A stretch of 64,000 bases of DNA from contig CAWJMT010000003.1 of the NCBI GenBank assembly GCA_963844035.1, positions 1 through 64,000 of the forward strand, given 5' to 3'. This document shows, in pieces, positions 48,843 through 59,076 of the stretch; within the stretch, counting starts at the first letter, position 1; every line of letters begins with the position of its first letter. Source of the DNA: an uncultured Gemmatimonadales bacterium. Its GTDB lineage: Bacteria > Gemmatimonadota > Gemmatimonadetes > Gemmatimonadales > GWC2-71-9. Both the position numbers and the translations under genes were made by a program. The notes below the pieces were generated by a model, which searched no databases, was not told the DNA's origin, and saw nothing but the letters and a program-made list of their open reading frames with translations.

Positions 48843-50482
48843 TGGCCATCAAGGGCAGCCTCAAGGAGGCGCAGCCTCCCCGACGTGCTCCAGCTGCTGG
48901 CGATGGGCCAGAAGACCGGCTGCCTGTCGGTCGCCGACCGCAGCAACTTCGGCTACATCTACTTCGAGAAGGGCCGCATCACCTACGCGTCGATCGTCAA
49001 CCGGCGCGACCGGCTCGGCGACATCCTGGTCAAGAACGGCCGCATCACCCAGGAGCAGCTCGAGGCGGCGGTGCGACCGCCAGGCGCACGACCGCGACAA
49101 GCGCTCGGCGAGATCCTGCTGGTCGAGCATGGGTGCATCACGCGGCCGGACCTCGAGCGCTACATGCGCGTGCAGATCGAGGAGGCCGTCTACTACCTGT
49201 TCACCTGGACGCAGCGGCACGTTCAACTTCGAGGCGGACGTCCGGCCCGAGCGCGCAGGACTTCCTCGTGTCGCATCAGCCCCGAGTCGCTGCTGCTCGA
49301 GGGGGCGCGGCGGGTGGACGAGTGGAGCCTCATCGAGAAGAAGATCCCGACGTTCGACCTGATCTTCGTCGTGGAGCGCGACCGGCTGGCGATCGTCCGG
49401 GCGTCACGCTCAACGCCGGAGCAGGAGCGCATCCTGCCGCTGCTCGACGGCACGCGCGACGTGAACGCAGGTCATCGAGGACTCGGGGCTGCTCGAGTTC
49501 GACGTCGGCAAGGCGCTGTACGGCCTGATCACCGCCGGCTTCGCGCACCGGCTCGGGCCGCACCGCGTCGACCGGTGGACGCGCCTGTCGACGGACGCCC
49601 GCGTCGAGGAGCACCGCAATCTCGGGCGTCGCCTTCTACAAGACGGCGATGTTCGACGAGGCCGCGCGCGAGTTCCGCCGGGTGGTGGAGCTGCGGCCCG
49701 GCGACAGCGAGCGCGCACTTCTTCCTCGGGCTCGTGGCGCTGCGCCAGGCCCGCTGGCGCGAGGCGGTGGACGCGCTGCGGCACGCGGCGGAGCAGGGCG
49801 GCAGCCGGCCCGCGGTGCTGCACAACCTGGCCGTGGCCTGGAGCAGATGGGCCGGCTCGCCGAGGCGGAGGCGGCGTACGCCGAGGCGGCCGCCGCGCGC
49901 CACGACCGACGCGCGCATCTCCCTCGGCTGGGGCATCGTCGCGCTCAAGCAGGGCGACTTCGCGAGCGCCGCCGGACGCGCTCGACCGCGCCAAGGAGCT
50001 GTTCGGCGACGATCCCGCCCGCCGACGTGGTACTGGGCGCGCGACCCTCGCCGCGGCGTCGGCGCGGCGAGTTCGAGCTGGCGGACGCGCTCGCCGACGA
50101 AGGGGTCGGAGCGCGTATCCCTCGCACGCGGTCGCTGCGCAACAACCTCGCCGTGCTGAGCGAGCTCGGGGGCGACCTCGCGCGGGCGGAGGAGCTGATG
50201 CGCGGCGCCCGCAGGAGGACCCGTCGCTGCCGCAGCTCTCGAAGAACCTCGGCGACCTCGCCTACCGGGCGGCGCGCTACGACGAGGCGCAGGAGGCGTA
50301 CGACCGGGCGATCAAGCTCGCCCCGCGCCTCGGCGACGACGTGTACTTCAAGCTCGGCAACATCGCCTTCAAGCGCAGGCGACCGCGAGCGGCGGCGCAG
50401 CTGCTGGCGCGAGGCGCTCGCGCTCAATCCGAAGCACGAGCTCGCCAAGGCCAACCTCGACACCTTGAGCGCGTTGTCGTGA
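48842..50482 (+). CDS. DUF4388 (PATAN-like) + tandem MshEN-like + TPR protein 2 (indels)
   Basis: [63 protein letters not shown], long TPR tail. Confidence 0.85.
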
Positions 50483-51309
50483 CGAGCGACCACCGGATGA
50501 GCCGCGCTGCAGGCGCTCACCGAGAAGATCTCCCGGGCGCGCGGCGTCGCTGCGGAGCTACAAGGACAAGTGCCTGCGGCGCCGCCTCGCGGTGCGGATG
50601 CGGGCGCGCGGCGTGCACACCTTCGACGAGTACGCGACGGTGCTCGACGCGCGACGCCGAGGAGTACGACCGGCTGCTCGACAGCGCTCACGATCAACGT
50701 CACCAAGTTCTTCCGCAACCCCGAGACGTTCGCGGTGCTGCGCGCCCGTGTGGTGCCGGCGCTGTGGCGCGCGCGGCACGGACGCATGCGCGTCTGGTCG
50801 GCCGGCTGCGCGTCGGGCGAGGAGCCCTACACCCTCGCGGTCGCGCTGGCGGAGACGGCGCGCGGCCTCCACGAGATGACTGCTGGCGCGCGTCCGCATC
50901 GACGCGACCGACCTCGATCGCGGCGAGCCTGGAGCGCACGCGCGCGGGCCAGTTCCCCGCAGAGCACCTTCAGCGAGATGCCGGCGGAGCTCGCGCGAGC
51001 GGTACTTCACCGCCGGGCCGCCGTACCGCGCCGGCCGCTGCCGGCGCTGGAGCGGATCGTGCGCGTGCGCCGCCACGACCTCACGCGCGAGCCGCCCCCC
51101 GAACCGCCCTACGACCTGATCGTCTGCCGCAACGTGGTGATCTACTTCGACCGGCCGATGCAGGAGCGGCTGTTCCAGACGCTTCGTCGAGGCGCTCGTG
51201 CCCGGCGGCATCCTGCTGCTCGGCAAGGTCGAGACGCTGCGTCGGGCCCGCGCGCGAGCGCCTCAAGCTCGAGGACCCGCGCGAGCGGATCTACCGCCGG
51301 CCCGCATGA
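50479..51309 (+). CDS. cheR: Chemotaxis methyltransferase CheR (indels)
   Basis: YKDKCLRRRL, LTINVTKFFRN, WSAGCASGEEPYT, DLIVCRNVVIYFD, LLGKVE. Confidence 0.92.
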   Translation: MTSDHRMSRAAGAHREDLPGARRRCGATRTSACGAASRCGCGRAACTPSTSTRRCSTRDAEEYDRLLDSAHDQRHQVLPQPRDVRGAARPCGAGAVARAARTHARLVGRLRVGRGALHPRGRAGGDGARPPRDDCWRASASTRPTSIAASLERTRAGQFPAEHLQRDAGGARASGTSPPGRRTAPAAAGAGADRARAPPRPHARAAPRTALRPDRLPQRGDLLRPADAGAAVPDASSRRSCPAASCCSARSRRCVGPARERLKLEDPRERIYRRPA

Positions 51310-51808
51310 CCACGCCGGCCGCCAAGGAAACGATCGTGCGCGTGGCGGACTGGGCCGCGAAGCGCGGCGACGAGGCGCTCGTGACCCTCGGCCTGGGCTC
51401 GTGCGTCGCCATCGTGCTGCACGACCCGCAGACGTGGGTCGGCGGCCTGGCGCACATTCTGCTGCCCTCCCGCAGCCTCGCCCGCGACACGCACCAACCC
51501 GGCGAAGTTCCCGGAGACCGCGCGTGCCGTTCCTGGTCGAGCAGCTGCGAGGCGCTGGGCGCCGATCCGCGCCGCATCGTGGCCAAGCTCGCGGGCGGCG
51601 CGAGCATGTTCGCGCAGCTGATGACGCCCGGGTCGATGCAGATGGGCGAGCGCAATCTGGCCGCCACCCGCAGCGCGCTGCGCGGCGGCGCGCGATCCCG
51701 CTCGCGGGCGAAGCGGTCGGGGGCGAGGCCGGCCGCTCGGTGCGCTTCTTCGTCGCCGACGGCCGGGTCGAGGTCCGCTCCGTGGGAGCCGGTGTCGTCT
51801 GCATCTGA
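51306..51808 (+). CDS. cheD: Chemoreceptor glutamine deamidase CheD (indels)
   Basis: TLGLGSCV, GGLAHILLP, AKLAGGASMF, MGERN, GG..GRSV. Confidence 0.92.
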
Positions 51809-52892
51809 CGCGCGCCCCACCGTCCTGGTCGTGGACGACAGCGCGCTGATGCGCCGCGTGCTGTCGGACATCTGGGCGGTCGGCGGCCGCCGGGGAGTTC
51901 CGCGTGGTGGCGACGGCGCGCAACGGCCTCGACGCGCTGCGCAAGGTGCACGCAGCTACGAGCCCGACCTCGTGACGATGGACATCGAGATGCCGGAGCT
52001 CGACGGCCTCGGCGCCATCGGCTACATCATGCGCGAGGCGCCGCGGCCGATCGTCGTGGTGAGCGCGCACGGGCGGGCCCGGAACCGCCGAGGCGATCCG
52101 CGCCCTCGAGCTCGGCGCGGTGGACCTGGTCGCCAAGCCGGAGGAGGCCGACGCGCACGGCGCTGGAGCGCTCGGGCCGCGGCTCCTCGGCGCGGTGCGG
52201 CGCGCGCTCGCGGCCGACGGTCCCGCGTGCCGATGCTGGCGCGCCCGCCGGCCCGCCGTGCGGCACGCGCTCGAGACGGGCCTGCGGCCGCGCGCCCGCG
52301 TCGTGGCCCGATCGCCGCGTCGACCGGCGGGCCCCGCGCGCTCGCGGAGGTGGTGCCCGCGCATGCCCCGCGGGCCGGCACGCGCGGTGCTCGTCGTGCA
52401 GCACATGCCGCCCGGGTTCACGCGCAGCCTCGCCGAGCGTCTCGACCGCATGAGCCCGCTGCGCGTCGTCGAGGCGGAGCACGGCGCGCCGGTGGTCGAG
52501 GACACAGCGTACGTCGCGCCGGGCGACTATCACATGCGGGTGACGGCCGCGCACGACGGTCCGCAGATCGCGCTCGACCAGGGCCCGCCCATCTGGGGCG
52601 TGCGTCCCGCCGCCGACCCGCTCTTCCGCTCCGTGGCCGCAGCTGTTCGGCGCCCGCGGCCTGGGCGTCGTGCTCACCGGGATGGGCCGCGACGGCGCCG
52701 AGGGGCTGCGCGCGATTCACGACGCGGGCGGCACGCGGCCTCGCGCAGGACCGCGAAACCTCGATCATCTACGGGATGCCGCACGGCGGCGGTGCAGGCC
52801 GGCGGGCGCGGACGCGGTGCTGCCCCTCGGACAGGTCGCCGATCGCATTGCGTCCGAGCTGCTGCGCCGCGACCCGGTGGCCCGCGCGATGA
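51792..52892 (+). CDS. cheB: Chemotaxis response-regulator methylesterase CheB (indels)
   Basis: [58 protein letters not shown]. Confidence 0.93.
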   Translation: MSSASDARPTVLVVDDSALMRRVLSDIWAVGGRRGVPRGGDGAQRPRRAAQGARSYEPDLVTMDIEMPELDGLGAIGYIMREAPRPIVVVSAHGRARNRRGDPRPRARRGGPGRQAGGGRRARRWSARAAAPRRGAARARGRRSRVPMLARPPARRAARARDGPAAARPRRGPIAASTGGPRALAEVVPAHAPRAGTRGARRAAHAARVHAQPRRASRPHEPAARRRGGARRAGGRGHSVRRAGRLSHAGDGRARRSADRARPGPAHLGRASRRRPALPLRGRSCSAPAAWASCSPGWAATAPRGCARFTTRAARGLAQDRETSIIYGMPHGGGAGRRARTRCCPSDRSPIALRPSCCAATRWPAR

Positions 52893-53306
52893 GCCGCGGG
52901 CTACCTGCTGGTGCAGGTCGGACGGCGCGCGCTACGGCCTCGCCGCTCGAGCGCGTGCTGCAGGTGGACGACCTGGGCGAGGTGCTGGAGGTGCCGCGCG
53001 TGCTGCCCGCGATGCGCGGGGTCACGCCGCTGCAACGGCACGTCTGGTGCCGCTGATCCACCTGGGCGCGCTGCTCGGCAACCGCCGCCGCCGGCCCGGC
53101 GCGGGACGGCCACCGTGCTCGTGGACCTGGGCGGCCGGGCGCGCTGGTCGCCCTCGAGGTGGACGACGCCGACGAGGTCGTGCGCGAGGCGGTGCTGCCC
53201 GCGCCGCCCGGCGAGTCGCCTGCCGTGGGCGTCCGGGGTGGCGCGGCGCGAGGGGACCCTCGTGCCGATCCTGGACTGGGACGTTCTGGAGGAGCGCATC
53301 AAGTGA
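52889..53306 (+). CDS. cheW: CheW-like adaptor 2 (indels)
   Basis: [49 protein letters not shown]. Confidence 0.75.
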
Positions 53307-53781
53307 CCACCAGGGGACGACGTCCAGGTCGTCGTCTTCCGGCTGGCCGGCCAGGAGTTCGCCTTCAACATCTTCCAGGTGGAGCGGATCCTCCGCTACG
53401 AGGCGGCGGCACCGCTCCCCAAGGCACCGCGAGTTCCTCGAGGGGGTGCTCCAGTACAGGGCGCGCGTCGTCCCGCTCATCGACCTGCGCAAGCGCCTCA
53501 GCGTGGCGGCGCCGATCGAGGAGGAGACGCGCACGGTGATCCTCGAGTCGGAGGGCGCGAAGATCGGGGTGGTGGTGGACGCGGTCACCGAGGTGCTCCA
53601 GGTCGCGGCGTCCGAGATCACGCCGCCGTCCAAGGTCGTCCACGGACTGGCGGCGGAGTACATCAGCGGGCTCGTGGTGAAGGACGGGCGCACGATCATC
53701 GTGCTCCAGACCGGCCAGCTCCTGAACGCCAAGGAGAACATGGCGCTCGAGGCAGTGCTCCCCAAGGCCAAGGCATCATGA
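53303..53781 (+). CDS. cheW: CheW adaptor 3 (indel near 53430)
   Basis: [24 protein letters not shown]...[25 protein letters not shown]. Confidence 0.88.
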
Positions 53782-54643
53782 GCGAGTCCCCGATCGGGGC
53801 GCTGCGCGGCGGAGTACGACGCGATCGCCCGCCGGCTCGACAGCGCGACCGCCGCGGCCGAGCGCGACGTCGTCAAGCGCGACATCATCGCGCTACTTCA
53901 AGCAGGTGGACACGCTCATCACCGAGCTGGCGGAGCTGAAGGAGGACATCCGCAAGCTCGTCGAGCGCTACAAGCAGATCGCGGCGTCGACGGCGGAGGC
54001 CTCGGCGCCGGAGTTCACGAGCGCCCGGCCGGCGATTCACGCCGACCACATCGGCGCCTCGACCTTCATCGAGAAGGGCTGGAGCCTCATCTCGCTCGGC
54101 GATCACGCCGGCGCGGTGCAGGCGCTCCAGAAGGCGCTGAAGCTGTCGCCCGGCGAGACGCAGGCGGAGTCGCTGCTCGGCTGGGCGCAGATGCTGCACG
54201 AGGACTACGACGACGCGCTCCAGACCTTCCAGCGCGTGCTGCTGAAAGAGCCCGCCAATTCGCTCGCGCGCATCAACGTCGGGTACATCTGCCTCAAGAA
54301 GCGGATCTTCGGCGAGGCGATCGAGCACCTCTCGAAGGCGATCCGGCTCGACAACGACAAGAAGGCGACCCTGTACGCGCATTTCTACCTCGGGCTGGTG
54401 TACCTGCAGCGCGAGATGTACGAGGACGCTCAGACGTTTTTCGAGAAGACGCTGAAGCTCGGTCCGAACCTGATCGAGGCGTACTACGAGCTGGGGCGCG
54501 CGCGCTGGTTCGGGGGCGACCGCGAGGGCGCGCAGCGCACGTGGGAGGACGGCGCCAAGGCGAACAAATTCAATCCCTGGGGCAAGAAGTGTCAGGAGAC
54601 GCTGGACGCCATTCATAAGGGACAGGAGCCCCCGCGCATCTAG
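53778..54643 (+). CDS. Coiled-coil + TPR protein (indels in 5' part)
   Basis: ORF 53906..54643 with TPRs ([30 protein letters not shown]). Confidence 0.85.
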
Positions 54644-55511
54644 TACTAGCGCTTCTGTTGCTGCTGCAGGTGCCCCCTCCCCAGGCGGTGACCGTCGGTC
54701 GCGTCACGGCGGTTGCCTGGCCGGGTCACGAGCCGCTCGCCGCGAGCCTGGCCACCGCCGCCGACCGCACGCCGCCGTTCCCCGGCATCGGCCCGCTGCC
54801 CGACCGCCCGATCCGGCTGATTCTCGCCCCGACGCGCGCCGTGTTCGATTCGCTCACCCACGGCCGCCTCCCCAAGTGGACCGAAGGAGCCGCGTTTCCG
54901 GATGCGGGCACGATCGTGCTGCTCACCGGTCGGCCCGCCCGACCGCCTGTCCGGCCCTCTGCGCCACGAGCTGGCGCATCTGGCGCTGCGCTGGCGGTTG
55001 AACCATCCGCCGCCGTTGTGGCTCGACGAAGGGTACGCCGCGTTCGCGGCCGGCGAATGGGGCCGGCTCGAAGCGCTGCGGCTCAACTGGCAGATCGCGC
55101 GCGGCGCGCGCATGAGCCTCGCCGACGTGGATCGCGCGCTCCGCTCCGACGCGGCCGACGCGCAGACGGCGTACGCACTCGCGACGACCGCGGTGCTGCT
55201 GCTCAACCGCTGGGGCGGCCCGCAGGGCCTGGCGCCGTTGATCGACCGGCTCGCCGAGCAGCCGACGTTCGACGCCGCGCTGCGCGCCACGTATCACGTC
55301 ACCGAGGGGGACTTCGAGACACGGTGGAGCGCGCGAGGTGGCCTCGCGGTACGGCTGGCTCTCGTGGGCGGGGGCGGTGGGGCTGTTCTGGGCGCTCCTG
55401 GCCCTGTTGCTCGTGTCGCTCGTGGTGATGCGGCGACGCCGCGATCGCGCCCGCAAGGCGCTGCTCGACGAGGGGTGGACGGTGCCGGAGGACGAGGGCC
55501 CAAGTGCTTGA
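54643..55511 (+). CDS. Peptidase MA-like (gluzincin) membrane-anchored protein (indels; start reads GTA)
   Basis: LRHELAH + PLWLDEGYA; N-terminal hydrophobic signal and C-terminal TM helix. Confidence 0.75.
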
Positions 55512-55536
55512 CGAGTCTCGCATTGCGCGATAGACT
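55508..55536 (+). promoter_or_regulatory. Putative sigma70 promoter for the small membrane protein and tRNA-Val
   Basis: TTGACG-N17-TAGACT. Confidence 0.65.
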
Positions 55537-55545
55537 CCCCGCGCC

Positions 55546-55731
55546 ATGTCGGACTCGGGACTGCCGCACTCGCGGCTGCATTTCGGCAGGAAAAACTCCA
55601 TCGCGCTCGCAGCGGCCGCCGTGTCGCTGGCTGCGGGGTACTGGCTCTTATCGCGCGGCTCCACCACCGCGGCGCCGATCCTGCTCGTCCTGGGTTACTG
55701 CGTTTTCTTCCCGGTAGGCTTGGCCCGCTAA
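55546..55731 (+). CDS. Small 2-TM membrane protein (DUF3098-like)
   Basis: FGRKN...GYWLL...APILLVLGYCVFFPVGL. Confidence 0.7.
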   Translation: MSDSGLPHSRLHFGRKNSIALAAAAVSLAAGYWLLSRGSTTAAPILLVLGYCVFFPVGLAR

Positions 55732-55749
55732 CGCGACACGCTGTGGGAC

Positions 55750-55824
55750 GGGCGAATAGCTCAGCTGGTTCAGAGCGCCTGCCTTACACGCAGGATGTCG
55801 GGGGTTCGAATCCCTCTTCGCCCA
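55750..55824 (+). tRNA. tRNA-Val (TAC)
   Basis: GGGCGAA/TTCGCCC acceptor stem, anticodon arm CCTGC-CTTACAC-GCAGG, GGTTCGAATCC. Confidence 0.95.
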
Positions 55825-55859
55825 CTGGGACAAACCGGGTGCAACGGAGGATTGCCGGC

Positions 55860-57662
55860 GTGAGCAAGTGTGCGCCTGCGTCATCGCCCTGATGCTCGGG
55901 TGCGCGGGTGCGGCCCGGGCGCAGCTGGCCGTCACGCAGCCCACCACCAAGCTGCTGCTCCTGCCACTCGGCGTGAGCGCGCCCGCCGACACGCGCCGCC
56001 AGCATCGCCACGATGGACGCCGCCCGGGACCGGCTCAACGCGCTCGCGCGCTACAAGGTCATCGTCGTTCCCAAGGCCAAGCTGTGCGAGGCCCTCAAGG
56101 CGTCCGGGTTCCCCTGCGACCTGGTGCTCGACGAGGGACAGTCGCGCGAGCTCGCCCGATTCCTCAACGTGCACGCCTTCACGACGGGCACGCTGCTGCA
56201 GCATAGCGGCGCCGCGCTCGGCGCGCGCGTGCGGGTGGTGGACATCGGGTCGTCGGGGTTTCCGTTCCTGTTCGACGTCGCCAGCGACGCCGCCGACGCC
56301 GGCGGCGCTCGGCGAAGCGATTGCGCAGCGCCTGAAGAAAATCGTCGGCGCGGGCGAGAGCGCGCGCGATTGCAACGACAAGCGCATGAAGGGGCAGATT
56401 CCAGCGGCCACGGACGCGGCGAAGAAGGCCCTGTCGACTGAGCCGAACCTGCCGGCGGCGCATCTCTGCCTGGCGCACCGATGTACGAGACCCAGCGGTT
56501 CCCCCCCGACAGCCTGATCGCCGCCGCCACGCGGGCCACGCGCGGCGATTCGCTCAACCCGACGGCGTGGGAGACGGTCGCCCGGGCGAACCTCATGAAG
56601 GGCGACACGGTCAAGGCGGTGGACGCGTTTCAGCGCGAGCTGCGGGGCGAGCCTATGAACACGCCGCTGCGGCTGGGGATCGCCGAGCTGCTGTGGCACC
56701 AGCAGCAGTACCCGCTCGCCGTCGAGCTGCTCGACGAAGGCCTGGCCCGCCGGCCGGGCGACGCGAAGATGCTCGATCTCAAGTCCCGGATCTGCATCGA
56801 GGGACAGCTCGGGCGCTGCACGCTGGAAGGCTACGTGCAGCGGGCGACGGCGGACTCGGGGCTGCTGCGCGACTCGACATTCCTGAGGGGTGCGCTCGGC
56901 GCCGCGCAGCAGGCGGGGGATACGCAGCAATTGGTGTTTTTCAGCCGGGCCGCCGTGCGCAATTTTCCCTCATCGCCCGCGTTCTGGAAGGCGATGGGCC
57001 AGGTGTTTGCGTTGCGGGGCATGGCCGACTCGACGCGCGCAGCGTACTGCAAGTCGGCGGAGCTGAGCCCGACCGACATGAAGGCCGCGCTGCTCTGTGC
57101 CAAGGCCATCGTGGATCAGGCGACGTATGACACCGTCGCGGCCGGCCGCCTGAAGAGCGACACGGCGCGGCTGCGTGCGTTCCGGGCGGCGTTCGCCCAG
57201 GGGCTCGACACGGCGCACACGTACCTGGTCCGGGCGCGCGCATCCGCCGACTCGAGCGAGCGGCTCACCGCCGCCGTCGTCCTGCTCACCGGCGGGTCGA
57301 AACTGGCGCAGGCGGCCGCCTACGATCCCGCGTACATCTGGCTCGATGATGCGCTCCACACGGTACCGCTGCGATCGAAGGCGGACACCATCGGTCCCCG
57401 CCAGCAGGTGCGCGTGCAGGCGAGCTTCTGGTTCGGCATCGCCTCGGTGGCCTCGCTGCAGGAGCCCTACAAGCAGATGGTCGCGTCCAAGAGCTGTGGC
57501 GATGCGAAGGCGATCAACGAACGCCTGGTGCGGACTCACGAGGCGCTGGTGCTGGGCGGCCGGGTGTCGCCCAAGTTCGCGAACACGATGCTGCAAAACC
57601 TCGCGAAGTTCGAAGCGGTCATGCCGCAGGTGAAGAAGCAATTCAAGTGCAGCAACTTCTGA
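55860..57662 (+). CDS. Secreted TPR-like hypothetical protein (indels in 5' half)
   Basis: Signal-peptide-like start ..AARAQ; helical TPR-like repeats in ORF 56481..57662; GGAGG RBS. Confidence 0.7.
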
Positions 57663-57663
57663 G

Positions 57664-57692
57664 TTGAATTGACCTCCCCCCGGGTCTATATT
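57664..57692 (+). promoter_or_regulatory. Putative sigma70 promoter for tRNA-Asp
   Basis: TTGAAT-N17-TATATT followed by GC-rich discriminator GCGGCG. Confidence 0.65.
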
Positions 57693-57708
57693 GCGGCGTC
57701 CGTCGCCC

Positions 57709-57783
57709 GGGGTTGTAGCTCAGCTTGGTTAGAGCGCCGGTCTGTCACACCGGAGGTCGCGGGTTCGAGCCCCGTCAGCCCCG
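57709..57783 (+). tRNA. tRNA-Asp (GTC)
   Basis: GGGGTTG/CAGCCCC acceptor stem, anticodon arm CCGGT-CTGTCAC-ACCGG, GGTTCGAGCCC. Confidence 0.95.
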
Positions 57784-57814
57784 CCTGAACCCGCGTCGCG
57801 GGATGAGAGAACCG

Positions 57815-57850
57815 GCCCCGTCTGCCACGGCAGGCGGGGCTTTCGTTTTC
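57815..57850 (+). terminator. Intrinsic terminator after tRNA-Asp
   Basis: GCCCCGTCTGCC-AC-GGCAGGCGGGGC-TTTCGTTTT. Confidence 0.8.
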
Positions 57851-57865
57851 ACCGGGAGCGCTCGA

Positions 57866-58785
57866 ACGTCCACCTATCATGTTCCCGTTCTCGCCGACAC
57901 CGTGCGCGCCTGGGCGGAAGGAAGCCACCGCGCGGTGGATGCCACGGTCGGCGGAGGCGGTCACGCGGCGCTGCTCCGCGCGGCCGGCGCCGAGGTGCTT
58001 GCGGCCGATCGCGATCCCGCGGCGATCGCCGCCGCGCGCGCCGCCCTGGGCGAGTCCGGCTACCGGTACGCGACGGGCGCGTTCGGGTCGGCCGAAGTGC
58101 TGGGCGCGATCGCGGCGTTCCGTCCCGATCGCATCCTGCTCGATCTCGGCGTCTCGTCACACCAACTCGACTCGTTCGACCGCGGGTTTAGCTTTCGGCC
58201 TGGGGCGCCGCTCGACATGCGTATGGGCGCCGAAGGGCGTCACCGCGGCCGACGTGCTGAACACGTGGCCGGCCGACCGCCTCGCCGCGAGCTTCGCGGA
58301 CCTGGCGGACGAACGACCGGCGGCGGCACGGCGCCTGGGGCGGGTCATCGTGCGGCGCCGCGCCCGCGAGCCGCTGCTCACGAGCGACGATTTCGTCAAC
58401 GCGATCCGCGAGACACTGGGTCCCCGGTCTGGTCCGGGGGATTTCGCCCGGCTGTTTCAGGCGCTGCGGATCGTGGTGAACGAGGAGCTGGAGCAGCTGG
58501 AGCTGGCGCTGCCCGAGCTGCGGGCCGCTCTGCGTACCCGGCGGGCGGCTCGCCGTCATCAGCTATCACTCGGGTGAGGATCGGATCGTCAAGCACACGT
58601 TTCGCGAATGGGCCAGGCGCTGCGTGTGCCCGCCGGGGCAGCCGGTCTGCACCTGCCGGGGCCGGCCGCTCGGCCGCTGCTGACGCGCCGCGCCACGCGG
58701 CCCGAGCCGTCGAGATCGCGGCCAACCCGCGCGCCCGCTCGGCGCGGTTCCGCGCGTTCGAGGCCCGGATGCCCGGTGTGAATGA
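57866..58785 (+). CDS. rsmH: 16S rRNA m4C1402 methyltransferase (start reads ACG; indels; end approximate)
   Basis: [63 protein letters not shown]. Confidence 0.93.
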
Positions 58786-59071
58786 TGGCCCTCAAGGGCC
58801 GCCACTGGGTCGCAGTGTGGCTGGCCGCCTTCCTCGCGGTGGCCTGGATCGTCATCGGCCGGCAGACGTCCGCCATCGCGCTCGCGCGCGCGCTCACCGC
58901 GCTGCGCGCGGAGCACGCCAACCTCGCGGGACACGGGGCGGACCTCGAGCGCCGGATTCGCGCGGCGACGAGCCGCAGCAACCTGATGCGGCGCGCGCGC
59001 GTGAGCGGGCTGCGCCTCCCGGCGGACACCGAGATCGTCCTGCTGCCGGCGCCGACGGGGAGCCGCGCTGA
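58782..59071 (+). CDS. ftsL: Cell division protein FtsL-like
   Basis: Single TM, coiled coil, AR..GL..P; position between rsmH and ftsI. Confidence 0.7.
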
Positions 59072-59076
59072 CCGGC

